Origin: a virus
Lineage: Duplodnaviria; Heunggongvirae; Uroviricota; Caudoviricetes
Strand: one strand, 5' to 3'
Length of the DNA stretch: 64,000 nucleotides
Virus record (IMG/VR): IMGVR_UViG_2974603165_000001
Coordinates: 66,589 to 130,588 of that record
How positions within the stretch are numbered: position 1 is the stretch's first letter; each line of letters opens with the position of its first letter. A program made the position numbers and the translations under genes. The notes beneath the pieces were generated by a model, which worked only from the letters and a program-made list of their open reading frames with translations, was not told the origin of the DNA and did no database searches. Of this stretch, positions 46,408 to 55,895 are shown piece by piece.

Positions 46408-47037
46408 ATGTACTACACTGGGGTAGGATCACGCGAAACACCTCAAGACGTACTCGGCATCATGGAAGATGCCGCCTTCCGCCTGGCGCGGATTGGATGT
46501 GTACTGAGGAGTGGGAAAGCAGGCGGTGCCGACGCAGCATTCCAATTAGGAGTGCAGAGATACTGCATTTCGCTTGACAAAGAAAGGCCGGAAGCGTACT
46601 CTGCTAATAAGGCGGAGATTTACATTCCGTGGAACGGTTTTGGTACTCCCGGACTCAAAGATTGGTGGGATATTTCTCTGGACAACCTGAACATGGTGAT
46701 GCCAGGACAGATTGATGCCCGAGATGAGATTATCGGAGAGATTCACCCGAACCCTGTAGCCCTGCGGCAGAAACGCGGAGCTTTCGCTTTGCATTCACGC
46801 AATGTGCATCAGGTTCTTGGGGCCAATATCCTCGAACCACGTCCCTCTAAGTTTTGCCTTTACTTTGCATCGGAAGATAAGCATGGTAATCCGAAAGGAG
46901 GCACAGCGACTGCTGTTAACCTGGCGAAGAAGCATGGGGTGCGTTGTTTGAATCTGAATACACCGGAACGACTGCAAAAACTCGAAAGTTTCCTAAACGA
47001 ACTGGAGAAAAAGCGTGGTATCCAAATTCAGAAATAA
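46408..47037 (+). CDS. DprA/SLOG-like Rossmann-fold protein
   Basis: YTGVGSRETP...RSGKAGGADAAF resembles the DprA/Smf GxGSR...SG.A.G.D motif; ATG 46408 with AGGAGGG RBS. Confidence 0.4.
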   Translation: MYYTGVGSRETPQDVLGIMEDAAFRLARIGCVLRSGKAGGADAAFQLGVQRYCISLDKERPEAYSANKAEIYIPWNGFGTPGLKDWWDISLDNLNMVMPGQIDARDEIIGEIHPNPVALRQKRGAFALHSRNVHQVLGANILEPRPSKFCLYFASEDKHGNPKGGTATAVNLAKKHGVRCLNLNTPERLQKLESFLNELEKKRGIQIQK

Positions 47038-47329
47038 ACTCAACAGGTCTTACTGCCTGGTGAGGGTAAAAGGTGGTTGGCGGGTTGCAAAAATCAGCCA
47101 AGGAATGGTATTCTTGACCCAGCCCGATGGGTCGATAGAGAATGTCTGCACCGATGATGACAACACAGGTCTTTTCAAACGATTCACGGAATCTTTGGAG
47201 TATGAGCACAGCGGAGAAGAACTCTTCGATCTGGGCGATACGGTAGAGGTGGGTGAAGAGTCCTACTACGTGGTGGACTCGGGTTACCGTGGTGATGATG
47301 GAAAGGTCAAATATTTGATTGCCCGATAG
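47015..47329 (+). CDS. hypothetical protein
   Basis: 104 aa. Confidence 0.45.
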   Translation: MVSKFRNKLNRSYCLVRVKGGWRVAKISQGMVFLTQPDGSIENVCTDDDNTGLFKRFTESLEYEHSGEELFDLGDTVEVGEESYYVVDSGYRGDDGKVKYLIAR

Positions 47330-47816
47330 GAGGCGTATGACAGTCGGTATTCATGGGATTCTATCCCATCGAAAACTAATGGAATTGAAGAATTGTGGTG
47401 CTGTGGCACCGGAGTTCTTTGAGGAAAAAGCAGATCAGCTATTCAACCTTTACCGTTTGACGGTGGCAGGTAGTCTGGCGTCCCAGAACACGGGATTCTT
47501 GATCAGTCTCTTTTACGGGGAGAAGGAAGCAGAAAGGGATGCCCGATGGATGTTCCCGGATCGCCGGGATATGTTGGAGCATCTGATCTACCTGGAAGGA
47601 AACTCCAAGTACATCACTCTGACGAAAGAAGAGTTGGACGAGTTTACACTCCTCCACCAGGCGGCTATTGCCTCTGACCTTGCACAGAAGACCTTGAAGT
47701 GCTTCAAATACAGTGATCAAGTCATTGTGGATGAAGATACAGGCTTCAATATTGATTGGCTGTTGAAAAACGCCTATCTTCTCAAGCAGCGTATTGCTGC
47801 ACACTCGGAGGAATGA
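47319..47816 (+). CDS. hypothetical protein
   Basis: 165 aa. Confidence 0.5.
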   Translation: MPDRRRMTVGIHGILSHRKLMELKNCGAVAPEFFEEKADQLFNLYRLTVAGSLASQNTGFLISLFYGEKEAERDARWMFPDRRDMLEHLIYLEGNSKYITLTKEELDEFTLLHQAAIASDLAQKTLKCFKYSDQVIVDEDTGFNIDWLLKNAYLLKQRIAAHSEE

Positions 47817-48757
47817 TGGAAGACACAAACAACAACGTAGAGAACCGTTTCGGCTATTACCCTAACTTTGGCGAGAACAGAAACATTTTCGCTTATCCGG
47901 TGCCGTGCTATGACTACGTGCTGTACATCGACGACCTGTCGTGGCTTGAAGACCATCAAGAGCGCCTCCAGTTGATTCGTATGGCAACGCCTGACGACAG
48001 TATCCGTATTGTCATCAACTCGCCGGGTGGCGGTGTGGCGATTGCTATGGCCTACGTGAATGCGATTGCAGAATCTGCTGCGAACATCGTTACTCACGCA
48101 GAGGGTCAAGTTTGCTCTGCGGGAACCATCTTGTGGTTGGCAAGTGATGAACGTACAGTCTCACCACTGACGATCTTCATGTTCCACAACTACCAGGGTG
48201 GCACTTACGGTGACGGTGCGAATATGCACTCACAGGTGACCTTCGAGAAGGTTTACTTCGACCGCTTGATCGACCGCTTCTACGGCAGCGTACTGAGCCA
48301 GGAAGAAATCTCCCGTATCAAGGGCGGTGGACAGGTGTGGATGGATGAGGTTCAGGTTCTGGAGCGTACCACTGCGGTACTCTTGGATGCCAAGAACATC
48401 AAACGCATGAAAGAGGGTCGCCCTCCAGTGACAACCAAGAAGGTTGAAGCCCCGGCAGGCGAGGCTGGGAGCAAGGCTGTCCCACCAAGCGAGGAGCCTA
48501 AACGTGCAAAGATCCGTATCGAACTGAACGGTGAGACCCACATCCTGGATGCTGCAACATTGGATGAAGCTGCACTGGCTAAGTTCACCACCAAGGAACT
48601 CTTTGCCGTGCTGGTGCAGGTAGGCGGTCTTGTCGGTGATGACATCCTGTCAGAGGGAGCTATCAACGGAGACACTCCGCGAGAGGCTCTGGTGGAGAAC
48701 CTGAAAGTCTATGGTCAGGTTGTCTGCGAGATGCTGCTGAATCAGGGAGACGAATGA
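47813..48757 (+). CDS. ClpP-family serine peptidase homologue with ~130-aa C-terminal extension
   Basis: VINSPGGGV, GQVCSAGT (Ser), MFHNYQGG (His) aligned with the ClpP INSPGG / GxAASMG / MIHQP motifs. Confidence 0.6.
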   Translation: MMEDTNNNVENRFGYYPNFGENRNIFAYPVPCYDYVLYIDDLSWLEDHQERLQLIRMATPDDSIRIVINSPGGGVAIAMAYVNAIAESAANIVTHAEGQVCSAGTILWLASDERTVSPLTIFMFHNYQGGTYGDGANMHSQVTFEKVYFDRLIDRFYGSVLSQEEISRIKGGGQVWMDEVQVLERTTAVLLDAKNIKRMKEGRPPVTTKKVEAPAGEAGSKAVPPSEEPKRAKIRIELNGETHILDAATLDEAALAKFTTKELFAVLVQVGGLVGDDILSEGAINGDTPREALVENLKVYGQVVCEMLLNQGDE

Positions 48758-49434
48758 GCGCACCCTTAAAGAAAAAGGAAGAACGACGCGCTTATGATGT
48801 GTACGAAACTCCAGAGTGGGCTGTCAAAGCCCTTCTGAAAGTCGTACCTATCGACTTCAACCTGAAATACCTGGAGCCATGCCGTGGCTCCGGCAGGATC
48901 TACAACCACCTACCTTTGGGTAGTGCTTGGGGAGAGATTCGTCAGGGCGTCGATTACCTGAACACGGAATACAACCCGGTGGATATCGTCCTCACCAACC
49001 CTCCATACTCGTTAGCTCAAGAGTTTGTGACAAAGGCGTTGGGCGAGGCTGATGTTGTGATCATGCTGTTGCGTCTGGGCTTCTTGGAGAGCATGAGGCG
49101 TTGGGAGTGGTGGCAACAGAACCCACTGACCAGTTTACTGGTTCTCTCTAAACGACCTTCCTTTACCGATGATGGTAAGACCGATGGTTCAGGCTACGCC
49201 TGGTTCGTCTGGGACAAGAAGAATCGTTTAGGACTCAAACCATTTTATCATTTGGAAGGGACAACCGATGAGCGCAGCACAGAACATGGCGAAAATCGCC
49301 GAAAACGCACCAAAAAATCTACCGGAGGGGATGAGCGATGTCTTCAACGGGATAGTGGACTCGGTACACAAGTGTGCATCGAAGGGGATGAGGGGCATGG
49401 CCCTGACAACGGAGATACCGGAGCACTTGGTTGA
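48754..49434 (+). CDS. N6-adenine DNA methyltransferase (3' end uncertain)
   Basis: SAM-binding EPCRGSG and catalytic VLTNPPYS (NPPY); last ~55 codons are low-complexity and overlap a better-looking ORF. Confidence 0.55.
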   Translation: MSAPLKKKEERRAYDVYETPEWAVKALLKVVPIDFNLKYLEPCRGSGRIYNHLPLGSAWGEIRQGVDYLNTEYNPVDIVLTNPPYSLAQEFVTKALGEADVVIMLLRLGFLESMRRWEWWQQNPLTSLLVLSKRPSFTDDGKTDGSGYAWFVWDKKNRLGLKPFYHLEGTTDERSTEHGENRRKRTKKSTGGDERCLQRDSGLGTQVCIEGDEGHGPDNGDTGALG

Positions 49435-49546
49435 TTATTGCCCCCATATTGTTGGCGATCTTCGTCACGGCGGTTTCGCAGTGGATATCATCGCCTACGA
49501 ACCGACCATGCAGGGTATAACGATGTCGCTATTCCTTACTTGGTAA
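49268..49546 (+). CDS. hypothetical protein overlapping methyltransferase 3' end
   Basis: GGAAGGGA RBS then ATG; protein-like composition; 167-nt out-of-frame overlap with the MTase ORF. Confidence 0.35.
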   Translation: MSAAQNMAKIAENAPKNLPEGMSDVFNGIVDSVHKCASKGMRGMALTTEIPEHLVDYCPHIVGDLRHGGFAVDIIAYEPTMQGITMSLFLTW

Positions 49547-49552
49547 AATTTA

Positions 49553-49580
49553 ACCCGCTTCGGCGGGTTTTTTCGTTTTT
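49553..49580 (+). terminator. rho-independent terminator
   Basis: ACCCGC-TTCG-GCGGGT hairpin followed by TTTTTTCGTTTTT. Confidence 0.7.
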
Positions 49581-49584
49581 GGAG

Positions 49585-49613
49585 TTGACAGAAGTCATAC
49601 TGTGCCTGATAAT
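49585..49613 (+). promoter_or_regulatory. sigma70-type promoter
   Basis: TTGACA - 17 nt - GATAAT immediately after terminator. Confidence 0.55.
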
Positions 49614-49662
49614 GACCACAACGAAACAAAAACACGATTGTGTAACTGAAAGGGGACTTTAC

Positions 49663-49929
49663 ATGCGCTTCTACATCTACCACAGACCTCTGCACTCAAT
49701 CCGCAAGAAAGAATGGATGGGTACATTGATCCACGTCTCTTTGGAGGAGAAAACTTTCTCCCCGGACGGTGAAGTGTGGACAGTTAGGCGTTGTGTTCGT
49801 CCAGAATCAGTGTACAATCGTCTGGTCGGTATGTTGAAGCATGGTGGTTGGGATAATGATGAGGTGCATCCTTTATCAAACCGCAAACTCACAGACCTTG
49901 TAACCTACATGAATAAATGGGAGAAATAA
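49663..49929 (+). CDS. hypothetical protein
   Basis: ATG 49663 with AAAGGGGA RBS downstream of promoter. Confidence 0.5.
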   Translation: MRFYIYHRPLHSIRKKEWMGTLIHVSLEEKTFSPDGEVWTVRRCVRPESVYNRLVGMLKHGGWDNDEVHPLSNRKLTDLVTYMNKWEK

Positions 49930-50345
49930 TGAACAAACTACTCGAACCAACCCATCACGAAAATGCTCGTGAAAAACTTAAAGCCGTAGAGAATTGGCTG
50001 GGCGACCAGGAAGAGTCGATGTCTTACGGTCTGAAAACCCCGGAAGACGCACTCAAGCTGTACGACTACTGGGATGTTCGTCGTGACAACCTCCCTGAGT
50101 TCGCGGATATCCGTGTGGATGACGAAGGTCGCTTCATAAGCATCTTCCGTAAGGATGCGTTAGGCTACGACCCTCTGGACACATTGCCAGAAGACCTGTA
50201 CGACCGCGCTGTGGCGATCTATGCCAGCTCGGTAGAGGATGACGATAATATTTTCGACGACCAGCGCCCCAGCATTCAGAATCTGGTTTATGATGCAGCG
50301 GAGACTGCTTATCGTAAGGAGTACGGCCTTGTCGGAGTTAAATAA
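49929..50345 (+). CDS. hypothetical acidic protein
   Basis: ATG overlapping upstream stop (TAATG); 138 aa. Confidence 0.5.
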   Translation: MNKLLEPTHHENAREKLKAVENWLGDQEESMSYGLKTPEDALKLYDYWDVRRDNLPEFADIRVDDEGRFISIFRKDALGYDPLDTLPEDLYDRAVAIYASSVEDDDNIFDDQRPSIQNLVYDAAETAYRKEYGLVGVK

Positions 50346-50874
50346 TCGCGGATATGCGGTAAACCGAATCACGGAACATGAGAAGTTCCAGGTTACCCCC
50401 GGCTCCCACACCATCGAATCTTACGTTGGGTGGATCGAAAGAAACGCTTTCGACTACGACGCTCCGTACCAGCGCCCTTATGTCTGGAAAAAGAAACAGC
50501 AGCAGGAGTTCTTACGGACTTGCATTTCGGGATTCCCTATTGGTACAATAGCCATAGCGAAACATGAGAACTGGCTCAGTCGTGATACCCCGTGGCTGGA
50601 AGTGGTTGACGGTAAGCAGCGGTTGATGACTTTGGAGAAGTTCATCACAGGGCAGATCCCGATCACCCTGAACGGTATAGACTTGTGGTGGGGTAAACTT
50701 ACCCGCCCCGAGCAATTGGCGTTCGGAAGACCGTATCTACCGTTGATAACAATGGTTAACGCCACCAAGGAGCAAATCCTTGACTATTTCATCGCGGTGA
50801 ACTTTACTGGTGTGCCGCAGAGTAACAAACACAAAGCCTTAGTGCTTTCAATGAAGGAGAATAACAATGGCTAA
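50329..50874 (+). CDS. DUF262 / ParB-like nuclease domain protein (DGQQR motif)
   Basis: VVDGKQRL (DGQQR-type) in an N-terminal ParB/Srx-like fold; no ATG, TTG start 50329 after AAGGAG. Confidence 0.45.
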   Translation: MSELNNRGYAVNRITEHEKFQVTPGSHTIESYVGWIERNAFDYDAPYQRPYVWKKKQQQEFLRTCISGFPIGTIAIAKHENWLSRDTPWLEVVDGKQRLMTLEKFITGQIPITLNGIDLWWGKLTRPEQLAFGRPYLPLITMVNATKEQILDYFIAVNFTGVPQSNKHKALVLSMKENNNG

Positions 50875-51181
50875 AGTCATTCGTGATGTGGTTGCAGAGC
50901 ACTTAGGTATCGAGGGTGTAGTCGGTCAAGAGGTTGATATCGTCACCCTCCTCCCGGCACGTACCCCGGTAGAACTATCCCACGGTTCGGTGCAGACACG
51001 CAGCTTTGCTCGTAATCCTGTTTACCTCGTGGTTGCACCATTCTCTCGTGTCTATAAGACCGACCTCAATGGTAAGCCAGTGGGCGAACCTATCCCGGCC
51101 CGAATCATCGCTACAGTGGACGGTGTTACCTACGAGGGTAACGAACTGTTTTCAGCGGAAGAGTTGGAGGTGGATCTGTGA
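50867..51181 (+). CDS. hypothetical protein
   Basis: 104 aa. Confidence 0.5.
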   Translation: MAKVIRDVVAEHLGIEGVVGQEVDIVTLLPARTPVELSHGSVQTRSFARNPVYLVVAPFSRVYKTDLNGKPVGEPIPARIIATVDGVTYEGNELFSAEELEVDL

Positions 51182-52443
51182 AAATTTACCTGGTTGGTGG
51201 TGCAGTTCGCGATGAACTCTTGAGTCGTCGTGTGACAGACCGTGATTACGTAGTGGTCGGTGCGACCCACGAACAAATGATCGCACAAGGCTTTACGCAA
51301 GTCGGTGCGGCGTTCCCGGTTTACCTGCATCCAGCAACAGGTGAAGAGTACGCCCTTGCCAGAACCGAGCGTAAAGTGGGTGACGGTCACAAAGGCTTTG
51401 AGACGTTCTTCTCGCCTGATGTAACTCTGGAAGAGGATCTGTCACGCCGTGACCTGACCATTAATGCGATGGCTAAAGATCTGGATACAGGGGAGATCAT
51501 TGACCCGTTCAACGGTCAAACCGACTTGCGTCGCAAGATCATTCGGCACACAACCGAAGCGTTTATGGATGACCCGTTACGTATCCTGCGTATGTTCCGA
51601 TTTGCGTCTCAATTGGGCGAGACCTGGCGTATTGCAGGTGTGACTTGGCACTTGGCCTTCACCAACCGCCACCGCCTGGTTGAGATCAGCCCCGAGCGTA
51701 AGTGGAAGGAGATGGAAAAGGCGCTGAACACCCGTAATTTCATGCAGTATGCTGAGAGTATGTCTACCTTTGGTGAACTGCCGGAACTGTACGACCAGAT
51801 CGGTGTTCAGCAGCCAAAAGAGCACCACCCGGAAGGAGATGCCTTTGCTCATACACTTCGTTGCCTTGAAGAGTGCGACCGCTACAGCATGTCACCAGAG
51901 GTTAAGTTCGCGGTGTTGTGTCATGACTTTGGCAAGGTCGTTACGTGGAAAGAACGTGGTGATCTGCTGGGCCATGAGGCCGCAGGCGTCCCGATAACGA
52001 AGTCTTTCTGTGAACGTATGCGTGTTCCGAAGGTGTACGAAGAATTGGCCTTGGTGGTGACTGAGTTCCACATGGATATGCACACAATGGTTGGTCGTCC
52101 TGGTCAGAATGACAAGAAGCCAAACAAAGTAATGAAGTTGCTGGAGCGTACTGGTAGCTTGAAGAACAATCGCCGTGCTATCGACTTCGCTAACGCATGT
52201 TCTATGGATCAGGCAGGTCGCGGTTTGCCAAAAAGTTGGTTGAAACCGTACCCACAAGCTGATATCTTCTTGGCTTGCCAGGCGGCAGTGGTGTCCTTGG
52301 ATGTCAAGCCTATCAGCGCCCGTTTGCTGGAGCGAGGTGTGCCGGGTATCCAGATCGGTGAAGCGATCCGTGTTGAGCGTATTGACGCTATCCGTAAAAC
52401 CCTGCGTGAATGCAAGGAGATGCGGGATGGCAAAGAAAGCTGA
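51178..52443 (+). CDS. cca: CCA-adding tRNA nucleotidyltransferase (class II, with HD domain)
   Basis: N-terminus MKIYLVGGAVRDELL, GS...DxD NTase head, RRDLTINA, C-terminal HD region; GTG start. Confidence 0.85.
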   Translation: MKIYLVGGAVRDELLSRRVTDRDYVVVGATHEQMIAQGFTQVGAAFPVYLHPATGEEYALARTERKVGDGHKGFETFFSPDVTLEEDLSRRDLTINAMAKDLDTGEIIDPFNGQTDLRRKIIRHTTEAFMDDPLRILRMFRFASQLGETWRIAGVTWHLAFTNRHRLVEISPERKWKEMEKALNTRNFMQYAESMSTFGELPELYDQIGVQQPKEHHPEGDAFAHTLRCLEECDRYSMSPEVKFAVLCHDFGKVVTWKERGDLLGHEAAGVPITKSFCERMRVPKVYEELALVVTEFHMDMHTMVGRPGQNDKKPNKVMKLLERTGSLKNNRRAIDFANACSMDQAGRGLPKSWLKPYPQADIFLACQAAVVSLDVKPISARLLERGVPGIQIGEAIRVERIDAIRKTLRECKEMRDGKES

Positions 52444-52639
52444 TAAAGACCCGTACAAATACGAGCGTCATGAGTTCTATCAGAGCAAGACCTGTGGAAA
52501 GCAGGTCTGCCACCAGTGTGGACTCGTAGGGCTTCGTAACAAGGCAACAGATTGGTGCATTGAGAAGGGTTGCAACTACAAAGACCACGCGTCTTATGAA
52601 GGGGCGATGCACCGTTTAACTAAAATGTTCGATTTTTGA
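52427..52639 (+). CDS. small Cys-rich zinc-finger protein
   Basis: ATG 52427 overlapping cca 3' end; CGKQVCHQCG...CIEKGC. Confidence 0.45.
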   Translation: MAKKADKDPYKYERHEFYQSKTCGKQVCHQCGLVGLRNKATDWCIEKGCNYKDHASYEGAMHRLTKMFDF

Positions 52640-52650
52640 GGAGAGAGAAT

Positions 52651-52956
52651 ATGGAATGGCTTAACTTGGTTCTTCAACCAACGGTGAATCTGTTTGCAGG
52701 TCACTATTTTGGTTGTGCTCTGGTGAGTATGCTTGTTTGGGCGGTTATCGCAGGTCTGACGGTAGGGGAGTCTGATGACTACCTACCTGCGGGTGGAATG
52801 GTGATTATGTTTGGGTTATTCACACCCATCGTGCTGGCGCTGGCGATCATCCTACTGCCCGTTCTGATCGTAATGCTTGTGGTTATCGCCCTGGCGACTG
52901 GCCTCGTCTACGGGATTAAAAAGCTGAAAGACAAAGCTCTGGAGGGAAATAAATGA
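52651..52956 (+). CDS. small membrane protein
   Basis: ATG 52651 with GAGGAGAGAGAA RBS; three TM segments. Confidence 0.55.
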   Translation: MEWLNLVLQPTVNLFAGHYFGCALVSMLVWAVIAGLTVGESDDYLPAGGMVIMFGLFTPIVLALAIILLPVLIVMLVVIALATGLVYGIKKLKDKALEGNK

Positions 52957-53186
52957 CACCATTGATGATTTACGGTGCCGGGGTGCTCTTAGCTGCATTC
53001 CTTTTGTACCTCCTGACGAGCGGAGAGGAGATCACTGTCTCTGATGTGCCGATGATGATCTTCGGTATGCTGACCAGTTGGTTTGGTGTTGTGATTATCT
53101 GCGTTGCATCAGTCGCAGCCTTTGTGGAATTCCACGGAGAAAACAAGGTATTATTCAGAATGCCTAAAATTGGAGGAAGAAAATGA
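52953..53186 (+). CDS. small membrane protein
   Basis: two TM helices; translationally coupled. Confidence 0.5.
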   Translation: MTPLMIYGAGVLLAAFLLYLLTSGEEITVSDVPMMIFGMLTSWFGVVIICVASVAAFVEFHGENKVLFRMPKIGGRK

Positions 53187-53425
53187 CATTTCTAACTGTG
53201 TGGCTTGCAGGTATTGTCATCAACGCATTGCTCATTTGGGCGATGTGCCGTGGCGAGGAAAGCACCTATAAAGAACTGATGATTTTGGGTGTTGTCTGCC
53301 TGGCATGGCCTATGGGGATACCGATCACATTATATGTGTGGTTTAATGAGTCAGGTGTGGGAAAACGACTCGGTAACGCGCTTAATAAAAAGGCGATCAC
53401 CATTCCTGGAGGTAAGAACAAGTGA
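53183..53425 (+). CDS. small membrane protein
   Basis: two TM helices; translationally coupled. Confidence 0.5.
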   Translation: MTFLTVWLAGIVINALLIWAMCRGEESTYKELMILGVVCLAWPMGIPITLYVWFNESGVGKRLGNALNKKAITIPGGKNK

Positions 53426-53922
53426 AGACTCGTTTATACTCAATCGTGAACCAGTATATCTCTGGGATTCATGCCGGGATTCAGACTGCACACGCAGTTC
53501 ATGAGTTGTTTGTCAAATACCCGCAAGGGACTAACAGCGCGACCAACCTGTTGTGGGACTGGGCAGTGCAGGACAAAACAATCATCGTTCTTGAGGGTGG
53601 GTATCAGTCCAACTTAGAGCGTATCTTCGAACTGGCTAAGGCAGTGAAATCACTTCCCTCTGCCAAGTTCCACGAAGAGCAAGCTGCCTTGAATGGTGCG
53701 TTGACCGCGATCACCATCGTACTGCCTGAGTACATGTACGCTCCTCAGTACGACACCATGAGTGAGGTGGTCGCATTGACTAATTCTTCTCTTTCTCTTG
53801 GTGGTTTGAAGATTGCCAACCAGTTCAAGGATCTGGAAACCGGAAATGTGTTGCACAACTACACCCAACCGGAGAAGAACCTGATTGAAGCAATCAAAGG
53901 TTGCAGGTTGAAAGGCGCATGA
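53422..53922 (+). CDS. hypothetical protein
   Basis: 166 aa, GTG start. Confidence 0.5.
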   Translation: MKTRLYSIVNQYISGIHAGIQTAHAVHELFVKYPQGTNSATNLLWDWAVQDKTIIVLEGGYQSNLERIFELAKAVKSLPSAKFHEEQAALNGALTAITIVLPEYMYAPQYDTMSEVVALTNSSLSLGGLKIANQFKDLETGNVLHNYTQPEKNLIEAIKGCRLKGA

Positions 53923-54236
53923 GGACGTTCTATGGTGAGATCGTCTACTCAGACGCGATGTTTACGGCAACGGAGGCTGTGGGTTATGGTATGTTCATGT
54001 ACTTCACCAAGACCCTCGATGGTAAAGGGAACGGTGAGCGCTGCGGAACCATCCTCAATGGAAGAGCGGGTTTCGAAAAGCAGTACGGCGGCGACTTCCA
54101 GAAATGGATCAAAGCCATACAAAAGCGTGAACTGAAAACCATGCAGAGCTATCGTCGCCAGGCGGAAACCACAATGCAGTCTGCCCGATACATGCAGCGT
54201 ATGAACGAATTTACGGAGGAACAATTCAATGGCTAA
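53919..54236 (+). CDS. hypothetical protein
   Basis: ATG 53919. Confidence 0.45.
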   Translation: MRTFYGEIVYSDAMFTATEAVGYGMFMYFTKTLDGKGNGERCGTILNGRAGFEKQYGGDFQKWIKAIQKRELKTMQSYRRQAETTMQSARYMQRMNEFTEEQFNG

Positions 54237-54603
54237 ACGATTTGTTGACTCAGCAGGGCACCCGTTGGCAGTGGGTGACCATGTGATGATCTATTTCGGG
54301 TATAACAAGCTGCAACCGGGGGTGATCAAAGAGATCAAAACGATGAGTGCAAAGGTTTTGGTGGATTCCTGGCCCTCTCACCCTGACCCAGAGGTTCGCT
54401 ACTCTTTATCCAAGTGGAAGCGTGGGGAATGTATGATTAAGGTTCCTAATCCTGATCGTCCATACCAACCAGAGGTGTACGGCTTGCTGGATGAAATACG
54501 CCGCCTACGGGATGAGAGTCCGTACATTGAAACAAAGGTCATGTACCAAGATCTGATCAGCTTCTGGGAAAAGAACCGACCTATGCGTCTGGTAACTTCA
54601 TGA
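54229..54603 (+). CDS. hypothetical protein
   Basis: 124 aa. Confidence 0.5.
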   Translation: MAKRFVDSAGHPLAVGDHVMIYFGYNKLQPGVIKEIKTMSAKVLVDSWPSHPDPEVRYSLSKWKRGECMIKVPNPDRPYQPEVYGLLDEIRRLRDESPYIETKVMYQDLISFWEKNRPMRLVTS

Positions 54604-54615
54604 TAAGGAAACGCA

Positions 54616-55683
54616 ATGACTGATAAAAATGTCGATATCATGCGCTGCTACTCTGGTAGCCTCGCTTATGGGACTAACCTCCCAACTTCGGATGTGGATA
54701 TCCGTGGCCTCTTTGGAGCGCCGATGCAATCAATCCGTACACCGTTCTTCCCGATCAAGGAGATCACGCTGGCGGACGAGGAAGACGGTAAGGTCTACGA
54801 ACTGACCAACTACTTCAAACTGTTCTCTGAGATGAACCCGAACATCATCGAGCTTGCGTTCGTGGATGATTCAGATATCATCCAGACTTCGGCTCCGTAT
54901 GAGTTGATCCGTAATACAGCCCACGACCTGTTGACCAAGAAGGTGGCCTTCTCGTTCTCCGGTTATGCTATGGCTCAGTTGAAGCGTATCAAGGGCCATG
55001 ATAAGTGGATCAACAACCCGCAGCCGGAGGCTATTCCTACCCAGAAGGAGTTCATCAAGCTGACGCACTCCTGGATGGAAGAAAACCTGACATCAAATCA
55101 GAACTTCCAGTACGTACTGTCACGTTTGGACAAGATCTGCGTGTTCCTCCCGATGGGAGACAACATCTACGGTGTGATCGCGTCTCGCGACATCGCTGGG
55201 CTGTTCAACGATGATGGTTCTATCCGTAAAGTGCCTTACGAGCAGTTCTCTGACGAGGATAAAAAGCGTCAACCTGTTCTGATGGTGAAATACCTGGCGG
55301 AAGAGCACAAACGTGCGAAGGAAAAGCACAGGAACTACTGGACGTGGAAGGAAAACCGCAACGAAGCCCGTCACCAGTTGGAAGTGAACTTTGGGTATGA
55401 CACCAAACACGCCATGCACTTAGTCCGACTGATGCGTATGGCTGAGGAAATCTTGGAGCGCCGAGAAGTTCTGGTCAAACGACCAGATGCCAAAGAGCTT
55501 TTAGAGATCCGCAACGGTGCATGGCCTCTTGAGGATATGCTCAAGTGGGCTGAGGAAAAGGATGAGTACATCCGTGGGCCGCTGTATCAGAGAAGCCGTT
55601 TACCTCACAGCTTCGACTACAAACATGGTGCTGAGATCCTGATGCAGGCTCAAGACATCGTGTGGCATGACATGGCGCATTGA
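54616..55683 (+). CDS. nucleotidyltransferase-fold protein (Pol beta / CD-NTase-like core), function unknown
   Basis: YSGSLAYGTNLPTSDVDIRGLF matches G[GS]x(9-13)DhD; downstream acidic IIELAFVDD; 355 aa. Confidence 0.5.
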   Translation: MTDKNVDIMRCYSGSLAYGTNLPTSDVDIRGLFGAPMQSIRTPFFPIKEITLADEEDGKVYELTNYFKLFSEMNPNIIELAFVDDSDIIQTSAPYELIRNTAHDLLTKKVAFSFSGYAMAQLKRIKGHDKWINNPQPEAIPTQKEFIKLTHSWMEENLTSNQNFQYVLSRLDKICVFLPMGDNIYGVIASRDIAGLFNDDGSIRKVPYEQFSDEDKKRQPVLMVKYLAEEHKRAKEKHRNYWTWKENRNEARHQLEVNFGYDTKHAMHLVRLMRMAEEILERREVLVKRPDAKELLEIRNGAWPLEDMLKWAEEKDEYIRGPLYQRSRLPHSFDYKHGAEILMQAQDIVWHDMAH

Positions 55684-55895
55684 TGGTGGAGATGGTCTAC
55701 GGAGCATTGTGGCTTGCTTATGCAGTGATAGGAGTGGTATACTGCATTCGCATGGAGAACAACAAAGAGCTACAGCAAATCCATAAAATCAACTCGCACC
55801 ACGACTGGTCAGAGCGCTGCATGAACTTTGGGTTCATGTGGCCTGTGGCCCCACTGATGAACTACATCATAAGGAGAAAAAATGACTCTAAATGA
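55680..55895 (+). CDS. small membrane protein
   Basis: 71 aa, one TM helix. Confidence 0.45.
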   Translation: MMVEMVYGALWLAYAVIGVVYCIRMENNKELQQIHKINSHHDWSERCMNFGFMWPVAPLMNYIIRRKNDSK

